Assembly (NCBI GenBank): GCA_030390025.1
Contig: CM059438.1
Span: 63,614,001-63,678,000, forward strand
DNA: 64,000 nt
Source of the DNA: Squalus acanthias
Taxonomy: Eukaryota
Direction of reading: 5' to 3'
In this document: one piece after another, positions 50,050 to 61,700 of the stretch
How positions within the stretch are numbered: the first letter of the stretch is position 1
Layout: each line of letters begins with the position of its first letter
Translations under genes and position numbers: made by a program
Notes under the pieces: model-generated
Database searches by the model: none
What the model saw: only the letters and a program-made list of their open reading frames with translations
What the model was told of the DNA's origin: nothing

Positions 50050-52438
50050 TATCAATCTCAATCTTGAAAGCTCTAATAGTCCCCAGCTTCCTTTTGGGGG
50101 AGGTAGTTCCATATTTCTACTACCCTTTGTGTAAAAATGTAAGTTTCCTCTTTCTTTTCAGTTACCTGGTTTGGTCACAGTAGTTAAAGGTGCCATATTC
50201 TTTTCCTGATGCTGTTGTAGTATGGTCATTATCATTGGGCATCCACCTTTATCAATCGCTTCATATAATTTAACATTAATTTCAAGACCAGTAGAACTCC
50301 TGCTGCCCCCAAGACATGGTAATCAGGGCTGACTGAGTAGGCTGTAGCTGTATGTGTCTGCCTTCCTCACGTCTGACTTCACAGGCAACCCTGTGGAACA
50401 CTGACTGATGTGATACACTCAGACTACTGTGCTTATCACTCTGGTTGATTTTGATGGAGTAAGGGTAATTCCTATAACACATCGATAAAATCACATGTTG
50501 CTTCTAACTCAGAGCCCGATCCCATACTGACGATGTCAATGGATGTTGCCTCATTTCTGAGTTTGAGAGTGCTGGCGTGACTGACTGCACGCCAGTACAG
50601 TCAGGAAGATGCTCGCTGCTCCCCTGACAGCAGCAGGTTAATCCCGTGCACTAGAGGATTACAGAGTTTTTTTCTTCCTCTGCGTCAAGCACTGCAGCAG
50701 CTCCGGGAGAGCTGGTTCTATCGATAGATGTCGCTTTTGTTCCATTGCACAGCTTGCCACAAAGCAGAATCACTTACTCCATTCTTGCAACATCAACAGA
50801 GCTTTCAATGAAGACTTTACAGAGTCAATATTCATTCTGGCCAGGCTGCATATGCAGCCAGTCAGAATTAACCTTCTGGCTGCCGCTTTGAGTTTGTTGA
50901 ATATATAACACTCGAGATATATATATATATATATATATATAGTGGAATACTGAGTTACTAACGACCAGTTTTGCAAAGACGGTGCTTCCACGTCCTCGAT
51001 GAGACATACAATTAACACGTACACAACGAATATCTTTGCTGTGGAAAACCCAACTGGGTCAGCAAGTTCATGGTTTGTTTTAGTTTCACTGTGTCACTTG
51101 TTGAATACGACCTGTGGATCCAGACAGGCTGATTGCTGCATTCTCTCAAATTATTTTGTTTCAGTTTTGTAGATGTTGTTTGGACGCACCCTGAGCTCTT
51201 CATGAATTCTGATCAGTTAAAATATTTATTCTCCGGTAGCGTTATCATTTTAATAGCTCTCGAACTGTCCGCACTAATCCAGCTGTTGTCATATTATGAC
51301 TGCTCTAAGTAGTGGCATGATTGCAACCTTTTGAGTTGCACTCTGTTCCTCTTGTTGCACTGATTTTGATATACCAGCCAGAAATTGCTTTGATGCCTGA
51401 AGGGATTCATCTACTACGACTCACAGAACCCTTTCCTGATCCACCTCGTCCATTATTTTCCCCACTAGTCCTGCAACCCCTCTACCGCTACACATTTATC
51501 CATATTAACCGGCATTCGCTAATTGTGCAGCCACCTCTGCAAATGTAAGGGAAAGACAGGCAGCCAATTTGCACACAGAAACGGCCCACAAGCAGCAATG
51601 AGGCAAACTGATAAATTTGGAGTTAGATTTTTTTTTGGATCTGGGCCCGAGACTCGGCCCTGCCCGAACGCAGAGGCCTGAGGATCGATGGGAAACCTCC
51701 ACAGGTGCGGGGTTTGATCGATTAAAAGAAAGAAACTATTCAACTGAACTTTTTTTCTTGGCGGACAGCTGAGGCCTGCCCATCGCCGACTAATTTCTGG
51801 ATGTAGTCCTTCGACAGGAATTGGGCCCCTAATTGACATATTTAAGGGACCTTCTGCTTGTTTTGGGAATGCCTTAAAAAAAAATGGGCCCCACCGTTAT
51901 AGCAGTGGGACCAATGCCTGCGCAGATTGGGGTGCAGGCTCTTCCACTACTAAACTGGTATACTTTGTACCCATTTTACGCCCAAAAATATTACCACCCT
52001 GATTCAATCCGTCTGGGTACACCTCCACCAATACTATGTCTGCTAGTATTCTAAACTAGTTTTCTGTGAGGCACTTCACCAAAAACTTACTCAAATCTGC
52101 GTTTAACACAGTTGCCCTCTTGCCCTTATATTCTGTTACTTCATCAGAAAAATCTATTAAACTGGTTCATCGTCCCCTGTGTAAATCCTTTTTATCACTG
52201 GAGCACGGAAGGTAAAGGCAGCATCTAATAGACATTTTCAAAATTATGAGGGATAGTAACTAGTGAAAGGTGGAAGCAAATTGGTAATGAGGGGGCAGCG
52301 AAGAATGAAGGGGAAAGTTAGAGGAATGTTCTTCATAATCTGGGTTAGCAGAACATTCAATGCTTCATCTGCTATTGAGGCAGACACTATATCATCATTT
52401 GAAATAGAATAGGATAAGTATTTGAAAAGGAAGATTAA

Positions 52439-53130
52439 GGGGGTGAAATTGAGTGCCTTTGCGCCTCCCGTTAGCACCCCCTGGGGGCACTAACGGGGCG
52501 TAAATGGCTTTGCGACCGGGCGCGGTGCTGACATCGACTCCCGCCATATTGGGCAGGAGTTTTACGGCGACGCTGCGGCCTTGCGCCCCGATCTCCTTCG
52601 CCCGGAGATCGTGACGTCATCGCCGTGCGCATCACCCCGGTAGAGCCCCGGGCACGAAATTGACTTCCGCCCCCTGCAGCAGCGCCGGTTGAAAACACCG
52701 ACAGCTACAGGAGGCGTGCGTCGGGCAGGTGGCCGCTTCGGGGGGGGGAGCGATAATTAAAGGCGAGGTGGCCGAGGTAAGTAAAAAAAAAACTTACCTT
52801 TTCTCTTCTAGTTTTTTTCGCGGGTTCCTGCCCGCGATCGATCCGCCCGGCACTCAAACGGGATCGCGGCTGCCTTGGAGGTCCAGGTAGATACTTTTTA
52901 AATTGCAGAGCCTGCAGCGATGGCCCTTCCCTTTACGGGAGGGAAGGAGCCCCGCTCTCCGACGGTAGCCCCCTAAGCAGGAAGTGGAGTGCTTGATTTA
53001 GCGCTCCACTTCCCTCTTGGGACGCTAAAGCTCAGTTTCGCAGTCGCTGGCACTAATTAGCACTGGTCACTAAAGTTAGCGCCCAGGCGATGTTAGCGCC
53101 CCAAAATGGTCGATACCGAATTTTTCCCCC
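52439..53130. mobile_element. Harbinger-like MITE, TSD TAA, inside an old CR1 3' end
   Basis: GGGGGTGAAATT...AATTTTTCCCCC; TAA both sides. Confidence 0.88.
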
Positions 53131-53379
53131 TAAAGGTTTCTAGGGAAGGGCAGGGAAATGGGATGAGAACAGATGGCTCCAGTTGAAGGATTAGCCTTGG
53201 TGCAGGCATGATGGGCTGAATCCTCCATCTGTGCTGTAAGTGTTTGTCTCACTTGAGGGCGCTGAGTAGCCACTAGCTTCTGAAAAGAGAATCTCTGCCT
53301 GATTACTAAATGTATATGATCAAAAGTTCCAGGTTATTCGGCTGACATTTTTGCCTACATGATTAAACCTGATTGGGAA

Positions 53380-53785
53380 CTGTAGCATCATGGTTATGTT
53401 ACTGGATTAGTAATCCAGTTAGTTCTGGACTAATGATCCAGGGACATGAGTTCAAATCCCACCATGGCAACTGTGGAATTTAAATTCAATTAAAAATAAA
53501 ATCTGGAATAAAAAGCTAGTATCAATAATGGTGACTGGATTGTCGTAAAAACCCATCTGGTTCACTAATGTCCTTTAGGGAAGGAAATCTGCCGTCCTTA
53601 CCTGGTCTGGCATATAGGTGACTCCAGACCCACAGCAATGTGGTTGACTCTTAACTGCCCTCTGAAATGGCCTAGCAAGCCACTCAGTTGTGTTCAAGTA
53701 GGCAACTCACCACCACCTTCTCGAGGGCAATTAATGCTGGCCTTGCTGGCAATGTCCACATCCTGTGAATAAATATTTTTTTAAA
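53380..53785 (+). mobile_element. tRNA-derived SINE (MetaSINE-like core, tentative)
   Basis: B box GAGTTCAAATCCC; core AAAACCCATCTGGTTCACTAATGTCCTTTAGGGAAGG; tail shared with LINE 12294-12800. Confidence 0.78.
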
Positions 53786-53832
53786 ACCCTTCCTGATTAC
53801 AACCCTGGGGCCCTACAGAGCTAGAATGATTA

Positions 53833-55320
53833 TGGTAGACTTTCTGCTTGTTTATGCTAGTAACATCAGCGCAATCGGCCGAACCGGCAAAAGTTCAGGT
53901 CATTTTAAACATTAAGGGCTAAAAATTCAGCTGCTTGCGCCTCCCGTTAGCGCCTTAAGAGGGCGCTAATGGGGCGCAAAGCAGCTAACGCCCGGGCGCA
54001 GCGCCGCCCACGCCTCCCGCAAAATTCAGCGGGAGGTTAGCGGCGGCGCCAGCCGGTAGCGCCCTGTGGCGCTGCGCCGCCGGCGATGACGTCATCACCG
54101 TGCGCAGCACCCCGCTCGCGCTCCAGCCGCGATCTTCGGTAGCGCCCCCTGACTTACCGCCAGACGCTATGTCCGACGGGTTCAGGGGGCGTACGTGCGG
54201 CCGGGGCGGCGATATTTAAAGGGGAGGTGGCAGGCGGCCATTTTTGTTGCTGGCCGCCTGCCAGCACCTGCCCCCGTTGCTGTCCCCGGTACCCGTGAAG
54301 CCCCCCACCGTGAAGTGCCGGCTGTGCTCCAAGAGCCCGGCACTTCTCTTGAGTGCCGGGCTCTTTTGCCGGCACTCCCGATCCCTGGGGGCCCAGCTGG
54401 GCCCCGGTTCGCGCTGAGCAGGGCCCCTCCCCTTTAAGAAGGGGAGGAAGGCCTGCAGTACCGCGGTGCGACGTGCCGCAGCGCCACGTAGCGCCAGGAT
54501 ATTCCCTCGCAGCGCCCCAAGAGGGATGCGGGGTGCTTCCAGTAGCGCCCCGCTTCCCTCTTGGGGCGCAACCACTCAAGTTCCGGCGCGGGGACGCTAA
54601 TTTTTTCGGGGCACTAAACGTAGCGCCCCGGCGAGTTTAGCGCCCCAAATGGGGTGATACTCAATTTTTCCCCCTAAGTGAGTTACACCCAAAACCACTT
54701 ACGCTCGTGTTTTCCACGATCTGTTACACTGGTTCAAGATTCAATTTGCCCGGATCAGGCCCCGCCCACAAAACTGGCCACACCCCCCAGGTTGAGAGAT
54801 TGCGAGATTCCACCGATTGCGCTGGTTCGGGAAGACTCTTCAAATTGCGCTCATTATCTTAGGCGCACAGGCACCAGTCGGCACGTTTTAAAAGTTTTTT
54901 CATATCAAAAAATATTTAATTAACTAAGAAACTGACTAGTGTACACCATTGAAACTATCAAATTGTCCAGTATCGGTTTTTTAAAGTCATTTTCAGTGAT
55001 TTTTGTAACGGATTATCCACAGGCGGAGGACTGGACACTCTTATTAAAAACAATTAATTTTGCTGATAAATCCATTTTCAGCTGTGTTAATAAATCTGCA
55101 CCAGGTTACCGCTCTTAAATCCATCCAAGAATGGAAAGAAAAAATAAATAAACGATTATGTTCTATTACACTGCCCGATTGCGCTGGTCATGGAAGATTT
55201 AACAATTGTGATTATGCAAATTAATTGTAGGGGAAGCTTGAACTGTAACCTAACCAGCGCAATTTCAAGCACATTTTCAGCGCAAGTTCCCGATTGGACC
55301 CAACGCGGAACCTCTACCCC
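53833..55320. mobile_element. Older TIR element hosting a nested MITE
   Basis: Imperfect TIR GGTAGACTTTC/GGAACCTCTACC; right part matches 2671-2871. Confidence 0.55.
53916..54674. mobile_element. Harbinger-like MITE, TSD TAA
   Basis: GGGCTAAAAATT...AATTTTTCCCCC; inverted close relative of 49351-50049. Confidence 0.88.
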
Positions 55321-56097
55321 GTTATGTTCCACAGAGTGACCATCTATGACTATACTAATGCTGATAACTTGCAATTCTCCTAATCTCAGGGATTGATGGA
55401 TGGGTCATGAATGGACACCAAAAAAAACAAAGTGGTCCTTTTAAAGTTAATTTGGTGAACAGATGTTACGTCTCTTTAAATGCTGCTAAAGCGGATAACA
55501 GCACAGCAAGCCTGGGGACATTTTACAGCCCAGTGTGCTTCCTTACGGAGATAGCTGCAGCTTTGACAGCTCGCTGCCTTGAAGATTAGTGTGGAGCACT
55601 TGCTGTGTTTTATATTTTCAGGTGAGTTTTATTAGAACGTCACTCATGATAATGGCATCTGAAATGCGTTCCGAGGAAAATAAATATCTCAATGTTTGCA
55701 GAATGATTTGATTTGGGGGGCAGTAAATATGAAACAGATAGCACCCTGCAGTCAATCATTCGTATTTCAATCCAGTGATATTTTGTTATATACGATTGTT
55801 CGGGAACACTTGCATACCACCGACTTACTTCCCAATGCTTCCCTCCATCTTGTTTCACCAAACTACTAAGAAAATCAGCTACAACTTATTTCAATTTTAA
55901 AATGACATATTTGCACTTGAATTTGACTAAAATATATATATTTTAAGCGGCAGAAATGAACTGTAAGCCTTGCACAATTTGGGGTTGTTGCCATGTCTAT
56001 CTTTTTTTATGATGCGGAGATGCCGGTGTTGGACTGGGGTGGACAAAAGTGAGAAGTCGCACAACACCAGGTTATAGTCCAACAGCTTTATTTGAAA

Positions 56098-56134
56098 TCA
56101 CAAGCTTTCGGAGCGCTGCTCCTTCGTCAGGTGA
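56098..56134 (-). ncRNA. Minimal hammerhead ribozyme motif, inverted copy
   Basis: Reverse complement of 56274-56310. Confidence 0.78.
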
Positions 56135-56273
56135 AGTGAAGAACAATGCCAGATGACTACAGTTAATCTTTCTAACTGCCCTGGTGTGATAAAGGGCAGT
56201 TAGAAAGATTAACTGTAGTCGTCTGGCATTGTTCTCTGACTATTTATGCTGTGCCCATATGTATTTCTTCACT

Positions 56274-56310
56274 TCACCTGACGAAGGAGCAGCGCTCCGA
56301 AAGCTTGTGA
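56274..56310 (+). ncRNA. Minimal hammerhead ribozyme motif (family A)
   Basis: TCAC-CTGACGA-A-GGAGC-AGC-GCTCC-GAAAG-CTT-GTGA. Confidence 0.8.
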
Positions 56311-56937
56311 TTTCAAATAAAGCTGTTGGACTATAACCTGGTGTTGTGCGACTTCTCACTTTTATCTTTTTGTAGCATTTGACTTTGGCTCCTCCTAAAG
56401 TAGTCACCGATCTGCTAAGAACTGTGCTAATTTGGTTATTGCTGCTGCTTCTTCATGGCATATCCAGTATGGAGGAACAGCGGAAGTCTTTAGTCCAGTT
56501 AGACATTCTGCAACAGCCTCTGTTACATTACAGGTGTGAGGGAATGATGTTTTACATCTGTACCAACCTGTTAACCTTGACCTGGAGTGTTAGCCCAACA
56601 GCCTGCTGATATCCTTGTATTGCACTTCATGCTGCACTCTGGGCATTCATCACAATGTGTAGCTTGCAAAACTTCCAAGCAATATGTTGCTATGAAAGTA
56701 AAGTTTACTTAAATTCTGCGGTATTTATTAGGAAGGAACATAGGAACAGGGATAGGCCATTTAACCCCTCGAACCGGTTCCGCCATTCAAGGAGATCATG
56801 GCTGATCTGTGATCTAACTCCTAACTGGGCCTTTGCCCCATATTCTCATCAATATTTGAGAATAGGCTTTGAGCTGGCTTAAGGTTTTCATGCATCAAGT
56901 CCATGTTCTGAATGTTAAAGAAGGGATACTCTAGGGA

Positions 56938-57735
56938 TAAGAAAGAAAGAAAGGCTTGTATTTATATAGCACTTATTCTCCACCTCAGGTCATCCCAAAG
57001 CGCTTCACAGCCAATTAATTACTTTTGAAGTGTAGTCACTGTTGTAATGTAGGCAACGCGGCAGCCAATTTGCGCACAGCAAGCCCCCACAAACAGCAAT
57101 GTGACAGTGACTAGATAATCTGTTTTTAGGTGTTGGTTGTGGGATAAATATTGCCCAGGACCCCGGGCAGAAATGCCCAGCTTTTCTTTGAATTAGTGCC
57201 ATGGGATCTTTTACGTCTACCTGAGAGGACAGACGGGGCCTCGGTTTAACGTCTCATCTGCAATCTCCTCCAGCCCCACAACCCCCCACGATATCTGCGC
57301 TCCCCGAATTCTGGCCTCTTGAGCATCCCTGATTATAATCGCTCAACCATTGGTGGCCGTGCCTTCAGCTGCCTAGGCCCTAAGCTCTGGAATTCCCTCC
57401 CCAGCTCTCTTCCTCTCTTTCTCCTTTAAGATGCTCCTCAAAACCTACCTCTTTGACCAAGCTTTTGGTCACCTGCCCTAATTTCTCCTTATGTGGCTCG
57501 GTGTCAGATTTTGATTTATGACACTCCTGTAAAGCACCTTGGGATGTTTTACTACGTTAAAGGCGCTATATAAATACAAGTTGTTGCTGTTGCTATCCGA
57601 AAGATGGCACCTCTGACAGTGCAGCACTCCCTCAGTATAGCATTGGAGTGTCAGCCTAAATTATATCCTCTGGAGTGGGACATGAACCCAAAAACTTCTG
57701 ACTCAGAGGTGAGCGTGCTACTCACTGAGCCACGG
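56938..57735 (-). mobile_element. Full Deu-domain SINE split by an L2 fragment
   Basis: GTCTCATC|...|ATCCGAAAGA resumes after the insertion. Confidence 0.82.
57259..57594 (+). mobile_element. L2-type 3' fragment
   Basis: Matches 39305-39640; (TTG)-type tail. Confidence 0.85.
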
Positions 57736-58473
57736 CTAATACGGGGGCGGCGCGGGGCCAAGAACGTTTATTTCACTGGATGCTGGAAAACTAGGTGTCA
57801 TCAGGCCAGCAAAGACACTGAGCACCAAGGTCAACTCTCTTAGCATCCAGGTCTGACAGCCTTTAGGAGTATTTTTGCAGTAAGATCTAAAGATAAACTA
57901 GAGCCAAGAACCAAACCAGCACAGTGGGGTTCTTGAACTTAAAGTACTAATTAGCACAGATTCTTCCGAGACAGATGAGCTAGAATTAGCCTAAGGGGAC
58001 AGTGACATTGGATAATAACAGGAAATGAGTTGGCAGATGACAAGGATGTTGAGCTTCAAAGGTTGATAGCTAGATAGAGACTTACATCCGGTGGTTCATT
58101 ACTGAGCCTCTTCGCACCGAGGGAGACTGTAATCTCTCATATTGCGTGAGAGCTAAATCCTTGCCAAGATGTCTTGGCTCGCACTGTGAAATTGGCAGGA
58201 GAAGGGAGGTTTTGAGGGTTTTCTTTCAAATGTTTGGTGGAAGAAAGGGAAAGAACGGTCTTTTTTAATAACTAACGAGTTCTGTGACCACTCCCCACTC
58301 CTGCCGCATTGCATGCTGGTGCAAAAGTGGGGACTGTAGAGGGAAAAGCTGGAGCGCTAAACCTTTCCAGAGCCATCAACATAGCACAGAGTCCCAGTGC
58401 AATCGAGAAGCTGGCCTCTGGTATCTGCTGGATATTGGATATGTGACTTGACCAGAGGATGCAAACATGAGGT

Positions 58474-58710
58474 TGTGGCGGATCGCCACCTAAAACGGGC
58501 ATAATCCACCCATCCGTCTGTGGACAAATTTCCAGCACCTTCCCTTTAAGGCACCTTACCTTTAAGGAGAAGGGGGCGGGGCCTCAGGTTTTACCCAGAG
58601 AATTCTGGGAACTTTTCAGTCTACCATTTTGTACCATGCTGTGATTAAAAAGTCTCTTGTTTAACACAAATGGATTCAGCCTTAATTCGTGTTTCGCGGC
58701 AGCCTCAACA
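58474..58710 (+). repeat. 5' LTR
   Basis: 5 mismatches versus 62584-62820. Confidence 0.96.
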
Positions 58711-58711
58711 T

Positions 58712-58725
58712 TGGTGACCCCGACG
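58712..58725 (+). promoter_or_regulatory. Primer-binding site, tRNA-Trp
   Basis: TGGTGACCCCGACG, complementary to the tRNA-Trp 3' end (..CGUCGGGGUCACCA). Confidence 0.85.
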
Positions 58726-58750
58726 CTCAGAACGTATTCCGAGCACTGCA

Positions 58751-61700
58751 ATGGCGGACACGAACGCAGTTTCCATGAAACTACCGGAGTTTTGGGAAAA
58801 CCAGCCCGAAGCCTGGTTTCTCCAAGCTGAATCTTGCTTCCGGCTGCGAAATATCACCACAGATGGGACGAAGTACGACTATTTCGTCACATCCCTCGGT
58901 AGCGCCGCAGTTTCCAAGGTTTGGACAATGCTGCAGAACCCACCAGAGGAAGGCAAGTACGCACATCTCAGGACAGCGCTCCTAAAAAAATTTACGGCCT
59001 TGGCATATCAGCAAAACTGCCACCTCCTCGACCTTCCAGGCCTCGGTGATGCCTCACCATCAGACCTCCTCTCCCACATGCTCTCCCTCACCGACGAGAG
59101 CCCACCCGGATCCCTCTTCTGCACACTGTTCATCCGCCAGCTCCCTCTCAGCATCCGCCCAGCGATCGTGGCGTCCGGCCTCACGAACCTGGAAGCCCTG
59201 GACGATGAGGCCGACAAGCTGCTGTCCGCTCACTCCAGCTGCGACGTCACTCCGGACCTGGCAGCCAATGCCTGGGCGCGCCCCTCACTGGCCACCACGC
59301 GGCCACAAGGGCCTGTCACCAGGCCCACGGGGCCTTCACGCCCCACTAACCCGGGCCACTGTTACTACCACGCACGGTTCGGCGCCAGGGCACAACGGTG
59401 CACACCTCCCTGCTCTTTCAAGTCCGCCCCCGTAACAGCTCCCGCGATGGCCGTGGGCCACGCGGGCTCCCTGCTGTTCGTCACGGATGACAAAACCGGC
59501 CGCCGGTTCCTGTGCGACACTGGGGCTCAGCACAGCATCATCCCGGCCTCCTCCCTCGACATCCAAAAGGGCGAACGAGGACCGGCGCTGGCTGCTGCTA
59601 ACGGCTCGGAAATCCGGACGTATGGCACCCGGACAGTCACCCTCGACCTCGCTGGTCACTGCTACCGATGGGAGTTCATCACTGCCAAGGTGCTCTCCCA
59701 CCTCATCGGCGCAGATTTCCTGTGCGCCCACGGCCTACTGGTAGACATCCCTCATCACCGCCTCATGGACATGAACACCATGTCCCCCATCCTGGGCGCC
59801 ATGGCCCCCCATCAACCCGCCGACATGGCGTCACAGTGCCACGCCCGGGCCACGGATGACTACTCGGCACTCCTGGCCAAATTCCCGGCCCTTACCAATC
59901 CGACCTTATCCGCGGAGGCCGCCAAACACGGGGTGGAACACTTCATCCCCACCACAGGCCCCCCAGTGTACGCCCACGCACGCAGGCTGGACCCGGCCAA
60001 ACTGGAGATCGCGCGGACCGAGTTTGCCACCATGGAACAGCTTGGCATCATCCGCCGCTCCAACAGTCCCTGGGCCTCCCCACTCCACATCGCCCCCAAA
60101 CCAGGCGGAGGTTGGCGCCCCTGCGGGGATTACCGCCGCCTCAATGACGCCACCACCCCTGATCGGTACCCCGTGCCGCACATTCAGGACTTCTTGGCTA
60201 GACTGGCCGGCCGCTCAGTCTTTTCCAAGGTCGACCTGGTGCACGGCTACCACCAAGTCCCCGTCCACCCCGCGGATGTCCCCAAGACGGCCGTAATCAC
60301 CCCCTTCGGCCTGTTCGAGTTCCTGCGGATGCCCTTCGGCCTCAAAAACGCGGCCCAGGCATTCCAACGGCTCATGGACTCGGTCCTTCGGGACCTGAAG
60401 TTCCTGTTCGTCTATCTGGACGACATCCTGGTAGCCAGTTCCTCCAAGCAGGAACACCTCGAACACCTTCGCATCCTGTTCGGGTGCCTCAGCAACCACG
60501 GGCTCATCCTCAGCCCAGCCAAATGCCAGTTCGGCCTGGACAAGATCGACTTCCTCGGCCACCACATCACCCATGCTGGGGCCATTCCCCTGCCCACCAA
60601 GGTGCAGGCCGTCCAACAATTTCCCCGCCCCACCACCATCAAAGGCCTCCAAGAGTTCCTCGGGATGGTGAATTTCTATAACCGCTTCATCCCCAAAGCG
60701 GCATCCCTCATGAGGCCCCTGTATGAAGCCCTCCGGGGCAGGAGCGGCAAGATGGTGGTCAAATGGAAGGCAGACGTGTCCGCCGCCTTCGATTCCACCA
60801 AGACTGCGCTCGCCAACGCCACCCTGCTCGCGCACCCACGGCCCAATGCCAGAGTAGCGCTCACCACGGATGCCTCCGACCACGTGGTCGGCGCCGTGTA
60901 TGAGCAGTGGGTCGACGGCGCCTGGCAACCACTTGCCTTCTTCAGCCGCCAACTACGCCCCCCGGAGGTCAAGTACAGCACCTTCGACCGCGAGCTCCTC
61001 GCGTTGTTCCTGGCAGTCCGCCATTTCCGGTTTTTGCTTGAGGGCCACCCCTTCACTGCGTTTGTCGACCACAAGCCCCTGACATTCGCAATGGCAAAGA
61101 CAACCGACCCCTGGTCCGCCAGGCAGCAGCGCCAGCTCGCGGCAGTGTCCGAGTTCACCACGGACATCCAACACGTCTCCGGCCGAGACAATGTGGTAGC
61201 CGACTGCCTCTCCTGCCCCGCTATCCACGCCGCACACCTAGCAGTCGACTACGCTCAACTCTCAGCAGACTAGATCACCGACCCTGATCTGCTCTCCGCA
61301 CCCACCAACCTATCAGGGCTACGCCTGGCCGACGTCGCCTGTGGCCCGACCGCTGTCACGGTCAAGTGTGACATATCGCTATGTCAACCTCGGCCCGTCG
61401 TCCCAGCGTCCTGGCGCCGCCGGGTATTCGACATTCTCCACAACCTCTCCCACCCCGGCGCCCGCGCATCCACCAAATTGGTAGCCAACCGCTTCGTCTG
61501 GCGCGGCCTTCGCAAGGATGTGCGTACTTGGGCCAACTTCTGCCTAGCCTGCCAACGGGCCAAGGTACAGCAACACACGAAAGCACCCCTCGAGGAGTTT
61601 ACCGTCCCCTCGTGGAGATTCGACCACATCCACGTGGACATCGTCGGGCCCCTGCCGCCGTCGCAAGGCCACATGCACTTGCTGTCTATCGTTGGCCGCA

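Larger units (their letters stand above)
56007..56362. mobile_element. Non-coding Penelope family A fold-back
   Basis: ~99-bp outer inverted repeat, 42-bp inner inverted repeat, TSD TATCTTTTT. Confidence 0.85.

Noticed and set aside
50770..51024. Minus-strand exon ending at GTAAGT (50771-50777)
   Set aside because: Short unrecognised peptide crossing a (TA)n tract; cannot be supported without RNA data.
56141..56234. pre-miRNA gene
   Set aside because: Near-perfect stem embedded in a TSD-flanked Penelope fold-back; better explained as transposon-derived.
2671..58473. One giant composite element or segmental duplication bounded by the gypsy copies
   Set aside because: Copy 2 has its own AGGT TSD, copy 1 is followed by GTAC, the flanks are unrelated and the LTR types differ.
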